DNA of 40,172 bases, from positions 1 through 40,172 of the forward strand of contig KZ538920.1 in NCBI GenBank assembly GCA_000934665.2, given 5' to 3'. The notes under the pieces were generated by a model. It had not been told where the DNA came from. It saw only the letters and a list, made by a program, of their open reading frames with translations, and made no database searches. Made by a program: the position numbers and the translations under genes. Of this stretch, positions 24,641-35,961 are shown piece after piece. This DNA is from Catajapyx aquilonaris (lineage: Eukaryota). Position 1 is the stretch's first letter; every line of letters starts with the position of its first letter.

Positions 24641-26387
24641 TTAAGGGACCAAGCCCGGATTATTCAGAGGCCCTCGAGCTGACTTTTGCTTTGTTGAAAC
24701 TGGAGGAGCAGATGTGACGTCATGAAACTTAGAAGGCGCTGTACACATTAACTACGCAACGGCACCCAAAACTAATTCACATGTCTATATTAGTTTTGGG
24801 AGTACTATCAGTCTACCTAGCAATTATGCGCAAGTTTTCCTTCACCCTGTACAGAAGGGACATAATGCTCAATGTCCTGGTTAAAATACGGTACCATACT
24901 TTCATAGAGGAGTTGCCACTATTTCACATCCAGTCCCAGTAGCTTGGTGCATTACATAAATACTATCTTTTAAAGGCACTCATTAACTGCACTCATATGA
25001 GATAAGCCAAGTTACAGTTACAAGGAACTCAACCAGGAAAATACACACTTCTGCTAACTACTACACTGCTCAAGAAGTCAGTAAGCTATCAATAGTTTGG
25101 GTTGCCGTGTTCCTTCTGAGAATTGACTTATCACATATATGCTACTAAAAAGTTTAACATTTTGAAAATACAGTGCACCTTTCAATGATTTTAGAGGTTA
25201 TGTGCATGATAGTACATTTGCTATTAATCAGTAGCATTCTGACATTCATCAATACTACAAGTGAGAAAGTCAATCAAAATGTGGAAAGGCAACCAACCCT
25301 AAGGTCTAAAGTCAAGGAATGACTCCAATTTTACACTTATCACTTATATCAGAAACCTGCCCAAAAGTGAGGTAGAGCAATCTTATGAATGTGCTCTGCA
25401 TGTGTGCAGTAGGGGGGAAAATTACCTCAGGGCATGACATATTACCTTTTGAAAATCTAAAATATTAAAACCTGTCAGAGTGTGTAGCACACTACTGGAA
25501 AAAAACTTCCTTCTACCCTGGCAAGCAGTACCTATGCATGAGTTGGTGAAATCATGTGGGAGTGCAGGTTGATTCATGCATGCTTCCACCTGTGTCCACT
25601 TGCCTGGCTGCTTGGCTCTGCTTGAGAGGGAACCAGGTTATACAAGTTTATCCAGTAGTGTACGTACATGGGGTGCATTCAGTAGTCCCTGAGTGATGTG
25701 CACTTGTGTTTATACTCTGACACTCACAAATCCATGAGAGTGCCATTCCTTCAAATAAAGTGAAGAACAATGTACTATCTGTCAAAAAAAAAAAGTCCAG
25801 CATGGGACAATCTAACCGCCCAAGGTTAAGTCAATGGAATATACTCACAAAAATGCTGATGGTTGTATAGCATCAGGATATATCCAGCAGATTTTTTTTT
25901 TTTTTTTACAGATAGTTTACAGTACTTCACATGCAGAAGTATTTTACATGATTTGCAGGTTGACAATGTTGGTTGTCTATGACTCAGTAGTTTGTCTTGC
26001 ATGCTCTCTACCTGAAGGAAATAAATGCACTTTTCTCATACCATAACATGCTGCCCCATAAAATGAACTACATTGTACAATGCTAACTTCGTCCTGTTGT
26101 CACTCAGACTATTGTAACTCATATATGTAACTCTGTAATAAAAATAGAAATTGTAATGCAGCATAATTGCAACTAATGTTATAATGTAATAAAAAATAAA
26201 TTAAATGTAATATTATCTCAGGTAAGACTTTGTTCTACATGATGCCAGAATCAAGTTACAACTGTTGCTGGGAAAATTTTATAGTGTGCAGTGCATTCCA
26301 AGTGAAGTGTCTCTCAGCGTTAGCAATTAGTTGGCACTAAGATGTTTATTACAAAGCAAAACAGTAACTATGATAACCCACACAAAA

Positions 26388-26667
26388 CCGAAGCAGTTTG
26401 GAGGAGGGGATATGGTGTCCGACTGCTAATCGGGAGGTCCCGAGATCAAATCCCGGGGCCGGCAACTCTGACCGTGGTTTTCTGTGGTTTCCCACGGTCT
26501 TTCCAGGAAAATTCCGGAGTTGCTTCTGTAATTAATAGGCCACAGCCGCTTCCTTCCGCCCCTATCCTATCCCAAAGAGCACAGTAAAACGAAAGCAAAG
26601 CGTTCCAGGCAAAACAAACTTCCCCCCTAAAGAGCCAATGGCTGATAACGGGGTATGAATTATTATT
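26388..26667 (+). mobile_element. Full-length tRNA-derived SINE with 15-bp TSD
   Basis: Perfect TSD ATAACCCACACAAAA (26373-26387 and 26668-26682); tRNA-like head with GAGATCAAATCCC; central TGACCGTGGTTTTCTGTGGTTTCC; (ATT)n tail. Confidence 0.88.
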
Positions 26668-26798
26668 ATAACCCACACAAAAGCTTACGGGAGAATCCTG
26701 ACTAGCAGTAGCAGGCTGCTAGAAGAGACTTAGCAGTAGGACGAAAATTCCACCCCTAGTTTCTATGATTTTTCTGTTTCCAGTTCAGCCAGAAAAGT

Positions 26799-26966
26799 CT
26801 AAATACTGTACACAGTACACATCGCAGTTCAGGGTCAAGTTAGTGTTGAAGGGTATATCTTGGTTGCTGCTTAATAAGCTGCCACTGGATTGTCTGGCAG
26901 GGAATGTGGGTTCCACCATAGCCTAAATACTGTACACAATACACATCGCAGTTCAGGGTCGAGTTA
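26799..26966. repeat. Two 44-bp direct repeats with an 80-bp spacer
   Basis: ctaaatactgtacacaRtacacatcgcagttcagggtcRagtta at 26799-26842 and 26923-26966; 2 mismatches. Confidence 0.9.
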
Positions 26967-27627
26967 AAGATCAAGCAAAGTGTAATTGACACTGCCTCCT
27001 GCAGTGGACCTCCAACCCTTAGCTAAGAAACAAACTTCCTTTCTTGGATTGTCCTTGCTCTCACCAAAAAAAATAAAAAAATCCCATATTTGGGCAAGTT
27101 CAATTTCCTTATGGGGGAAATCAAGGGGAGTTAATACTGACAATGATCAAATTTGACCCATTGGAACCTGAAGTCATGGGTTAAATCCATTTTTCAAAGC
27201 TTAAACATTCCTGCAATGGTTGAGAAGCATAGAGCCATTCAACCTAATGTTTTTGATCATTGTTAGAAGTAGCTTGGTGCAAAAAAAATTGCCAACCGCA
27301 AAAGACACTTCAATTGCAACACACTACATGTATTCACCCTTTTGTACTGGCAACCTCATCAATGAGTGTCTTTTCCTGCACCTGCATTGGTAATATTACA
27401 ATTGAGGTGCTCAGAGGAAGAACGGCATATCCCAACCGGAGTTCTTTTTGAGAAAAGTGCCTTTTTGTGTTTCGCTTTATCATGAAGCTAAAGCTAAGGA
27501 CAAATTTTACAAGTGGAATATGTGAGCTTTGACACGTCCCAATTCATTTGGTACTTCAGCACATGAAAGGTAGATGGAAGGAGGGTACAACTGTGCTACA
27601 CACTCAAAATTGGAGGTCAGTTGGGAT

Positions 27628-27707
27628 ATCGTCGGTGATCATGCAAAACCTCGTATCTCCAGCAAAAACCAATGGAAGATACGAGGTTTTGCATGATCAC
27701 CGACGAT
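27628..27707. repeat. Perfect 31-bp-stem hairpin
   Basis: atcgtcggtgatcatgcaaaacctcgtatct (27628-27658) is the exact reverse complement of 27677-27707; 18-nt spacer. Confidence 0.95.
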
Positions 27708-28144
27708 GTGCCGTTCTTCCTCTGAGTGCCTCAATTCTGTCTGCTCCTAGTCACCAATTCTAGGGGTCTTCCTTACTCTGCAGGGAAACATTATCCACCA
27801 GCCCTTTTTAAGCCTCACTTGCCTTTCCCAGTTTACATATAAAAAAATTCCCAATCCCAGCCTATTGATTAACAGCCACCCTTGGAACTGGCTGACAGCT
27901 CAAGAATGGCCATCCAAATGTACAATTTTGGGCAAGAGAAGAGAAAGGCTGGAACAAAATAGTTCCAACATTTTCCTTCATTTGCAAATTTGTAATATCT
28001 CCCTCGTTCTCCTTTGTTCTACCCACTATTATTTGCATTTTATGGTTTAGGAGGGAGAGCTAGTAGAATATTGTGAATTTCCAGTACATTTACTTGTGAA
28101 GTCCAACTTGTAAATTTTTCCTGTTGCATTTTTCAGATATGTTG

Positions 28145-28475
28145 TTACTCAAAATCGAAATCGTCATCACTGGCAGCAGTGGGTGGTTGATTCGTTGTCC
28201 CACCCAGACTGAAACTTTCTGAATCTGAATCGAGGGCAATACCAGTCAATTGCTTTTTAGGTTTCAATCCTTTGGGAGCCACTGGCTTGATGCTAGTCAC
28301 CTTTTGGGCTTCAACTGGAAATGAAGCTGATGTGGGTGGAGTTGCTTCCTTAGCTAGGGTCTGGTTTACTTCTTGCTTGCTGTCCTTCAGACTTGGCTTT
28401 CTCCTGGTAGCAGTTGCTTGCAAGGTGGGGGACAGCTCCTGTTCATCTCTGTCTGAGTCATGTTCCACTTTACTG
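28145..28475 (-). CDS. Terminal exon of acidic disordered protein (kizuna-like?)
   Basis: Open frame SKVEHDSDRDEQELSP...AASDDDFDFE-stop; tandem acceptors GAG|CAG|CAG|, all in the phase required by the 29079 donor. Confidence 0.8.
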
Positions 28476-29078
28476 CTGCTCAAAGAAAATTTCCTTGTAA
28501 TTATTGTCATATGTAGCAGAAGTTACAGATAGTTACACTCATGTTTTGCAAGAGGCAGGCTGTCAAGAGGTGATATGGGCCCCATGGCTAAGCCCATTTG
28601 GCACCCCCTTCTTTACAACCTAAATGGCAACTGTACATCTACTGTACAATGCAGTGGCAGATGCCACCAACCCTACACAAGTACCACAGCTCATAATACT
28701 AAATAGTGGTTTGTTAACTTGCTAGAGGTCTCCATATGTTGGGTACAATGCGTGACTTCCCAGATGAATAAGGTTTCTTATAAGAATGATATTCCACGGA
28801 GAGAGTGTATAAAATGTGTTATTATGGTGTCATGGTCATATTGACATAATATTATTACAGTATTTTCAAATTTCCACTTTCAAATAAAATTTTCCTAAAT
28901 TTTTTGGGTATCAGGTCATCCAGGCAAGGTGTGACATCAGAAGAGAAAGGAGGCCCCTGCTCCTTTAATGATTAAGGATTTTAGGCCTTCCCATGATTAT
29001 GCCTTTAGGCAGCAACAACAAGAACTCCATGTACTACTTTATCCTCATTCACTATTGCATGCACTTTACTAAACTCAC

Positions 29079-29225
29079 TTGCTTGCCACAATACGAGCCA
29101 TCTCCTTTTCAATGTCTTCCTCTGTCTCACTAGACCCAGGCAGCTCTTCATGTGCTCCTCGAAGAAGGTTTTGATAAGCCGTTGTCTCTAAAAAATTATT
29201 TGGGGACATCGTATTAAGGACATCT
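29079..29225 (-). CDS. Internal exon of acidic disordered protein (kizuna-like?)
   Basis: ccttgtag|..|gtgagt. Encodes DVLNTMSPNNFLETTAYQNLLRGAHEELPGSSETEEDIEKEMARIVAS. Confidence 0.78.
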
Positions 29226-31073
29226 CTACAAGGCCATAAAAAATTCATGAAAGTTACATTCAAACCAAATGCTACCACTCAAGGTAAATCTTATAACCAG
29301 AATTTTATGGTTGTTTTATATATTTATTATGAATTGCCTGCAATGAGTAACATCTGTTGTATCATGGTTAGATCATCTACCTTGATTGGTGCAGGGAGCA
29401 CCAAACTCAATAAAACAAATTCTTCCCGATTGCACTTGTTATTAATTTGTTGACAAAAACTACCCCAAAAAATACCAAGAGTAATCTAGCCGAATTAATT
29501 TTACTGACCGTGAGTTCAGTTTCCCACCCTTACTCGGGTTATGTTCATATCTCTAGAAGTGAACGCCATAGGCTCATTTACAGGGTTATGAGTGAACTGG
29601 ACCTGGGTCCTATTCAGCTTTGTAAAGAGTAAAGAGTAATTATAATGTATTCCCGTGCTCAGTGAGCTGCAAATTCAAGTTGTGCTTTTTGGAACCTTCT
29701 GGTTTTTTCCCCCCTGAATGTTATCAACTTGGTTGAATCTACAGATGTGGACACCACGGATATGGAGGGCCTGCTGTAATATCAAACTTTTTTACAATCA
29801 ATTGTCGAATTGAAAAATAATATAGTTTGCAATTACAATTCAGTGGATATTTTGTAAAGTTGGATACTGCCACAAACCACTAGAAAAGAGTGCAAGATTA
29901 TTTTGTACTTTGTTAGTATGGTGTGCACTCCAGTGACACTAACTCTGTGGATTGCATTAATTCTCCATTTTAGTATAATATTTGTGTAGCTATGGTTGCA
30001 TGCACTAAGGATTGCCAGAGACTATGTAGAATCCTTAAATATCTCACTAAAATGTAAAACTAATGAAAAGGCTTTTCTGGCAAAGAAAAAAAAAATTGCA
30101 CATTTTGTTTTATACACATTCCAAGTCGCTTGTGGCAAAACCTAACCCAATAACATAGCAAAATTGTAGTTCGAAATTTGAACTTTCATGTTTCCACATC
30201 AGTGTAAAAAATTCTCATTTCCTCTTCACCTAATATTATCTTGATATTATTAGTAATAATCGCTATTAACAATTACATTGGTTCACAGAAAATCCACCCT
30301 TGAGCGTGTCTTTACACTGTGAGCATCTTTCCAACCTGTGTATAAAAATATATTATATTTATATTATGAATAAATGCATACTAAATGATGTTACAGTTGA
30401 TTCACAAGGACACATGTAAGGTGACACATGGCCAACCTGCTCACTTGTCATCAAATAGAGTAGATGCATTGACTTATAAGTTTAGGTGGGAGAGTGGGTT
30501 ATGCAGATCAATATATGTTTTTCTCACACCTTCTTTTATAATACACAATGCCATGGAAGGTTTCACTGAGAACAAAATTAATGACATTACTGGACATGAA
30601 CAATATTATTTCACTCTCCTGCTGGCATTATTGATTCTACTTTGACTGATAGTCCTAACTCATCATCATATCTCAATCCCATCCTTTACCCCAACCCAAG
30701 TGCAATAAAGGCGTCTACACATGGATACTCTTGTCTCAGTCACAAATCCTTGACTCAGTCCTTTGGTCCTGTCCCTTGGCCAAAGTTTTACACAGCTTCA
30801 TGAGTGCCTTTTGCCTGCTGCTTTCCCACAAATCCCTCTACGACACCCATTGGTGGGAAAAAGATAAGACGGTAGGTAGCAGCTGCCAGTATAAATTAGC
30901 TCAAATATACAGGGTGTTCCAAATTCGCGGGTTACTTTGTGCTAACTAATATCTCCTGGAAGGAGTTATTTTTTTGTAGCTTGTTGTGCCCCGAACCATG
31001 TGCCCCATTCTATAACTCCTTCTATATTCGACTCCCTACCAGGTAGCAAACTTCTGGCAAACTTACATCTATA

Positions 31074-31752
31074 CAGGGTGATCCAACTTTATCACCCCAA
31101 CAGTTATTGTGAAAATTGCGTAAGCTGCTACTCTTTAAGCAGCTACTTGATAAGAGTTACTTTCTCAAGTATCTGGTATAGCACCTGCTGATATTAGGTC
31201 CCATGCTTTTATACCAATGGGCCCTTGCAGACGGGCCAAGCTTAGCTGCGGCTGGCCGCGGCCCTGGCCAACTTCCAGGAAGTTGGCCAACCTTGTAAGC
31301 CGTGGCCAGCCGCTGCTAAGCTTGGCCCGTCTGCAAGGGCCCAATTAATGACCTATTTATTGACACAACTGGGTCTGTCCGGTTCGACGGATTAGCCCTC
31401 TGATTGGCAGCTAGTGACCTCATCTGAATCCCTACAGCGAACACCAAATTGGGCCCTTTTGAAGGCCAACACTTGAATCAGTTTGGAGATGAAAAAATAA
31501 AAGGGATGATGACAGGCACATGGGCACCTTTCCATTTCAGGGTCGCAACAGTTCGCATCCTACCTATTACGATTAACCCATTTAGCCAGTCACAACCCCG
31601 GCCGGCGCGGCAGATGACCTGTTTCCCACGGACAACCCTTTTTTCCCTCATTAATTGGTACATGGACATTGGACCTAATATCAGCAGGTGCTATTTCAGA
31701 TACTCGACAAAGTAACTCTTAGCAAGTAGCTGCTTAAAAGTAGCAGCTTATG
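31074..31752. mobile_element. Nested TIR element (middle layer; right terminus eroded)
   Basis: Starts TA|CAGGGTGATCCAACTTT (related to the 37025 element); ~31117-31215 is mirrored at ~31655-31752. Confidence 0.7.
31219..31342. mobile_element. Innermost GC-rich foldback MITE with 3-bp TSD (Harbinger-like)
   Basis: Perfect TIR GGGCCCTTGCAGACGGGCCAAGCTTAGC; AAT on both sides. Confidence 0.87.
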
Positions 31753-32117
31753 CATTTAATGCTTGTAAGATATTTATGTTGCTATGCAGCATTTGTAGAT
31801 CTGTTGTAAATATCTGCACGATGTCTTAAGATGATGTGAGATATTCATAATATGCAGATATCAGGCAGACATAGAGGAGATGTCTGAATATCTGGAGATT
31901 TTCCACAGACGTCTAGATATCTGTGCTACATTGTACCAACTTTCTGTGCTACCTGCTAACTATAGTTATCACAAAGTGACCTGCGAATTTGGAACATCCT
32001 GTATAATTATGAATTTTTTCACTGGCTGGAAAAGTAAGTTGGGATAACTTAATTGTTGGTTAAAATCATCTACAGCACATCAGTGACCATAGAAAAAAAT
32101 TCAAAATGTAAACTTAC

Positions 32118-33333
32118 TCTCTAATGGAACGTCAGAACTAGTGCTGTCTTTTGAAGCAGGTTCCACCCTATGCTGTGGTACACTAGATGCACTTTCTGAG
32201 TTGTTGCTTGCTTGCTGACTGTCATTGACATCAAATGGGCTGCTGACTTCAGTATCATCAGCAGGAGTGCCCTGCTCCTTCGACTCACTATCTTCGTCAC
32301 TCTCTTCTTCCACCTTATCTCCAGAAGCTTCACTGTCATCATCTTCCAGTTCAATTGCAGCTTGCTGGTCCTGAAGTTTTTCCATCACCTGTACCCCAAA
32401 AGGAATGGGAGGAAGATCTGCAACTTCGCTAAAGTCATCCATGTCATCCATTGTGGCGCTATGCTCTTCAACATCTGCATCCTTTTCCTCACTATCAGCA
32501 TCTTTCTCCTCCACACTCTCATTCTCCATGTCCATGTCTTGCTCCTCTGTTGCAGCATTCTTCTCCATGTCCACATACTTCTCTTGAACATTCATCTCCT
32601 TGGCTTCGAAACGGACAACTTCTACATCTCTGTCAACATCTACCTCATCATCAGTATTCCTATCAATGTCTTCACTGCACTCAGTATCTGTGTCCCTTGA
32701 ATCCTTTTCAATGTCTGCTTTCTCTTCAGTATGTGCAATTTCTTCAGAAGACTGGTTTTCTTCAGGATCTTCCGTAGCCCTGACATCATATATCTCATCA
32801 AGTTTCTCTTTATCATGAGTTTCCAGGCGAAGCCCCTCAATATTTTCAGCTTCTATGCCAGATGGTGGTTGTGAAGTAGTGGCAGTAACAACTGCTGGAG
32901 AATCCTCTCTGGGTTTCTTTTCTGTTTCACTTGTAGTCATTGACTGAGACTGAATAGGTGATGCTGAAGACTCAAGAGGGAAATGACTTGTCTGCAACAG
33001 TCCTGCTTGCATACCATTACTTGCTGATGTTGGTTCTACAGTGGATGGTGGAAAAGTAGAGTTGCCAACTGGGGAAGTATACTGCTGTCCGTAAGCATCA
33101 AAGGAAGGGACGGGGACATAGAGAGGCCAAGGAGGCATCAAACCAGGGGACGGGCTAAAATAAGATTGCATAGTTGGAGGAATGTATGGGTAGAAAGGGT
33201 CAGTGTTGGTGGATGCATCACTTGTTTCCACGTAGCGGTTCTTTAGGATGAATGTGTCTTCAGGACTGGACTTGGTCATGCGGCACGGCTTCCGATTGGC
33301 ATGCATGCGAAACACATATGCCTCATACTGGTT
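32118..33333 (-). CDS. Large (1216-nt) exon of acidic disordered protein (kizuna-like?)
   Basis: ttttgtttttcag|..|gtaagt; 405 open codons: NQYEAYVFRMH, a Pro/Tyr-rich segment, then a long Asp/Glu-rich tract. 5' coding exons not identified. Confidence 0.88.
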
Positions 33334-33398
33334 CTGAAAAACAAAATATAGTGATGGAAACAAACATTGCTATATTCTATTCTATTATATGCTATGCT

Positions 33399-34313
33399 AT
33401 ATCCTCCTGAGACCTGGTGTTGACTTATGTCAACATCAGCAAAAGATTTTTTTGGCGCCAACCAGTGATGCCAACAGAACTGTAATAGGCTGGTATCCCA
33501 TGGTTACAATCTGGCCTCAATAGCTGTAGCCACCTAGCATCAAATATCTGGCTTGGGCCGCGAAAATTAAATCGCGGACAAAATGGCGGATTCCGCTGCT
33601 GAAGCTAGGCGCTCGTCTGATCAGTTTTATTTTTTTACTCATATTTAGAATGCGATTTTCGCAATGCAGTGAATGTCCTGGGATTCGCAAGGAATGTGTC
33701 TTAGGAACTGCGAAAAGATGATTCTGTGACAATCTTTGTTGCTGTAGAGACCTGGTCATTTTCTTTTCTTCCTGAGACCAAATGCCCATTTAAATGGACA
33801 TCCGATCAAATGGCATTTTTAGCTGAATGGGTGTGACTTTTCTTTACGTGCCTGTACCTATACACCCATAAGAAAGTGGTCTTTGCACTATGCCGCACTA
33901 TGCAGTTCAGTTTTAAAATCTAGAATAGCAAAGTACCACTATAGCGGGTAAGAAGGGAAGGAGCAAGCCCCATCCCTGGAGTGGTGGCGTTAAAAAATAA
34001 TTTCATTTATCTTTAATTGTCTTCTGAGAGGAATTGCTACCACGAATACCACAAATAAATTTTAAAAACATTGTTTGGAGGATAGAGCACTATGTGAGTG
34101 ATCCATTAAGTGGTATTTCAATTTTCAGCTTTCATCCGTTCTGGTTTTGTAGCACCAATTGAGTCCTAATGTTCTCATTGGTTGTTTGTCGCCATTTTTG
34201 TCGATATTTTAAAACTAAAATTTTTTTCTCGTTTCTTATTGGGAACATGTTCAGAAAATGCAATAGGAACTGACATTGCGTTAAAAAATTCTTCTCAGGT
34301 CTCAGGAGGATAT
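33399..34313. mobile_element. Non-autonomous TIR element (piggyBac-like ends)
   Basis: Perfect 18-bp inverted ends atatcctcctgagacctg / caggtctcaggaggatat; the same end motif starts an element at ~36756. The superfamily assignment is inference. Confidence 0.72.
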
Positions 34314-35817
34314 TACAAGAAACATGGACATATGAATGAGAAACCATTAAGAATGAAGAAATAATGAACATCTGGAATTATCAAATTGGCTGAGGACTGC
34401 AGTTTGGCCAAAATTGGCAACTAAGTTACTATCCATTCACATCACAACTGTTCATTTTAATATAAAAAAGTAATAAGACTTATCCACAATGCAAGCCCTT
34501 GTTTTGCATTTTCAAAATGAATATTACAAGAAAGTGAAGCAGATAAAAATTATACAAAAAAACCGCATAAAAACTTATTTTATTTGGGAAGGAAGCACCT
34601 AACTCTCTTCCCTTTCCCACTTCTTAGTGGATATGATCCCTTGCGAAGCAGCTTCCAAATTGACTTTCTTTTTGACACATCTTCCCCAATGATTTTAAAA
34701 TTTCCTTGCAATAAACATTATTGCATTATAGTGAATTCATGTAAGAATACACCAAGTTCACAACCAAATTCGCTCAGGGCTGCAGGGATGAAAATACAAT
34801 TTACTTTCCTTTGCATTTGCAAGCGGATTTTGTTGAGCTATCATAATTCCCATTCTAGATTAGCACACCATCACCAAAGGGCAGAGTGTTGAAATCACCA
34901 TAGCTAATCAAAATTCTCTTACAAATTCATTCGAAAACAAATAGTATTGTTGCCATCCCTGAGTCAACAATGTAGATTATCACGCTAAATCAGCACAATA
35001 TATGTGGAGAGACAAATCAAAACGCAACAAGCGCCAACAAAGCCATTTCGAGATATTCAACAAAAACCGATTGCTCCCAAATGGAATGTGACCAAGAAAC
35101 AAAATGTGCAGTACATTATGCCCATATGCATAGGTGCAGTGGCGTCGCTAGGCAGGTGCGGGGGTGCACCCTCAAAGGGGGTGACACCCAGGTGATTGTT
35201 AAAAAATTATTTCCTAATTTTATATCACATAATACGCTCATAGCACCGCCACACCGGGTGACACGAGGGACTTTTTTTTGTCATGTGTAATTTACGGGTG
35301 AAATATTTTTGCATTTTTGTGGATAGTTTCATTAACCCAGATATGCAGAGTGTGCCCTATAGGGGACACCTGCACAGTTATTACATTTTAATTTTTTGCA
35401 CAGGTTCTTCTGCTGCTAAAGAGCTGGCAGTAGTGATGGGGGCTTCAGTAGAGTCCCAGCTAACAATACAAGTTAAAACCTGCTCAATATTGCTCTAGAT
35501 TTTTAAGATACGGGTGTTTGAATTTTAACGCAGGAAATAATGGCTGCACCTCCACGTTCCGAAGACGATTAGTAATTAATTCTCGAATGCTGATTAGCAT
35601 TATGAGTTATGTTTTGTTTGTAATACTTAGAAAACTTGTGAATGATGATGTCCATGTGGAAATATAGGCATATTTTTTACTTTCCTTGTCTGAGGGTGGC
35701 GTTGAAATCGGGTGCCCCCTATGAGGGACACTCGGCAAATGCACCACAAATGGACCGGCAAGTCAAGCACCGGTACTCTAGGCTACTGTATGCGTCCGGA
35801 TTTTGTGCGTTTTGTCG

Positions 35818-35920
35818 AACTGAATTTTTATGAATCCCTATTTTTAAAACGAGGGTTACCCGGCAACTGGGTTACCATGGCAACCATCGTAGCTATGCTG
35901 GTAACCATTGCCATGTATAC
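35818..35920 (-). promoter_or_regulatory. RFX X-box cluster with TCAGTT initiator: candidate promoter
   Basis: GTTACCATGGCAAC (35871-35884), GTTACCCGGCAAC (35855-35867), weaker ATTGCCATGTATAC (35907-35920); minus-strand TCAGTT at 35818-35823; locally CpG-rich. Confidence 0.55.
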
Positions 35921-35961
35921 AATCAAACATTATCATGCATACAAACTTTCTCTTTTGGGTA

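Larger units (their letters stand above)
23897..24849. mobile_element. Tc1/mariner-type MITE family A carrying two nested insertions
   Basis: TA|CAGGGTGAAGG...CCTTCACCCTG|TA; aligns with 7338-7782 once 23943-24266 and 24446-24640 are removed. Confidence 0.88.
30910..32001. mobile_element. Tc1/mariner-type MITE, outer member of a triple nest
   Basis: TA|CAGGGTGTTCCAAATTCGC...GCGAATTTGGAACATCCTG|TA. Confidence 0.8.

Noticed and set aside
26799..26966. CRISPR-like repeat-spacer
   Set aside because: Only two repeats, eukaryotic context, no cas genes.
32212..32818. Several plus-strand ORFs (up to 162 aa), and likewise 38711-39157
   Set aside because: Antisense shadows of the real minus-strand exons.
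35487..35600. Short minus ORF MLISIRELITNRLRNVE... as the first coding exon of the acidic gene
   Set aside because: Weak donor (GAG|GTGCAG) and no convincing similarity; unsupported without transcripts.
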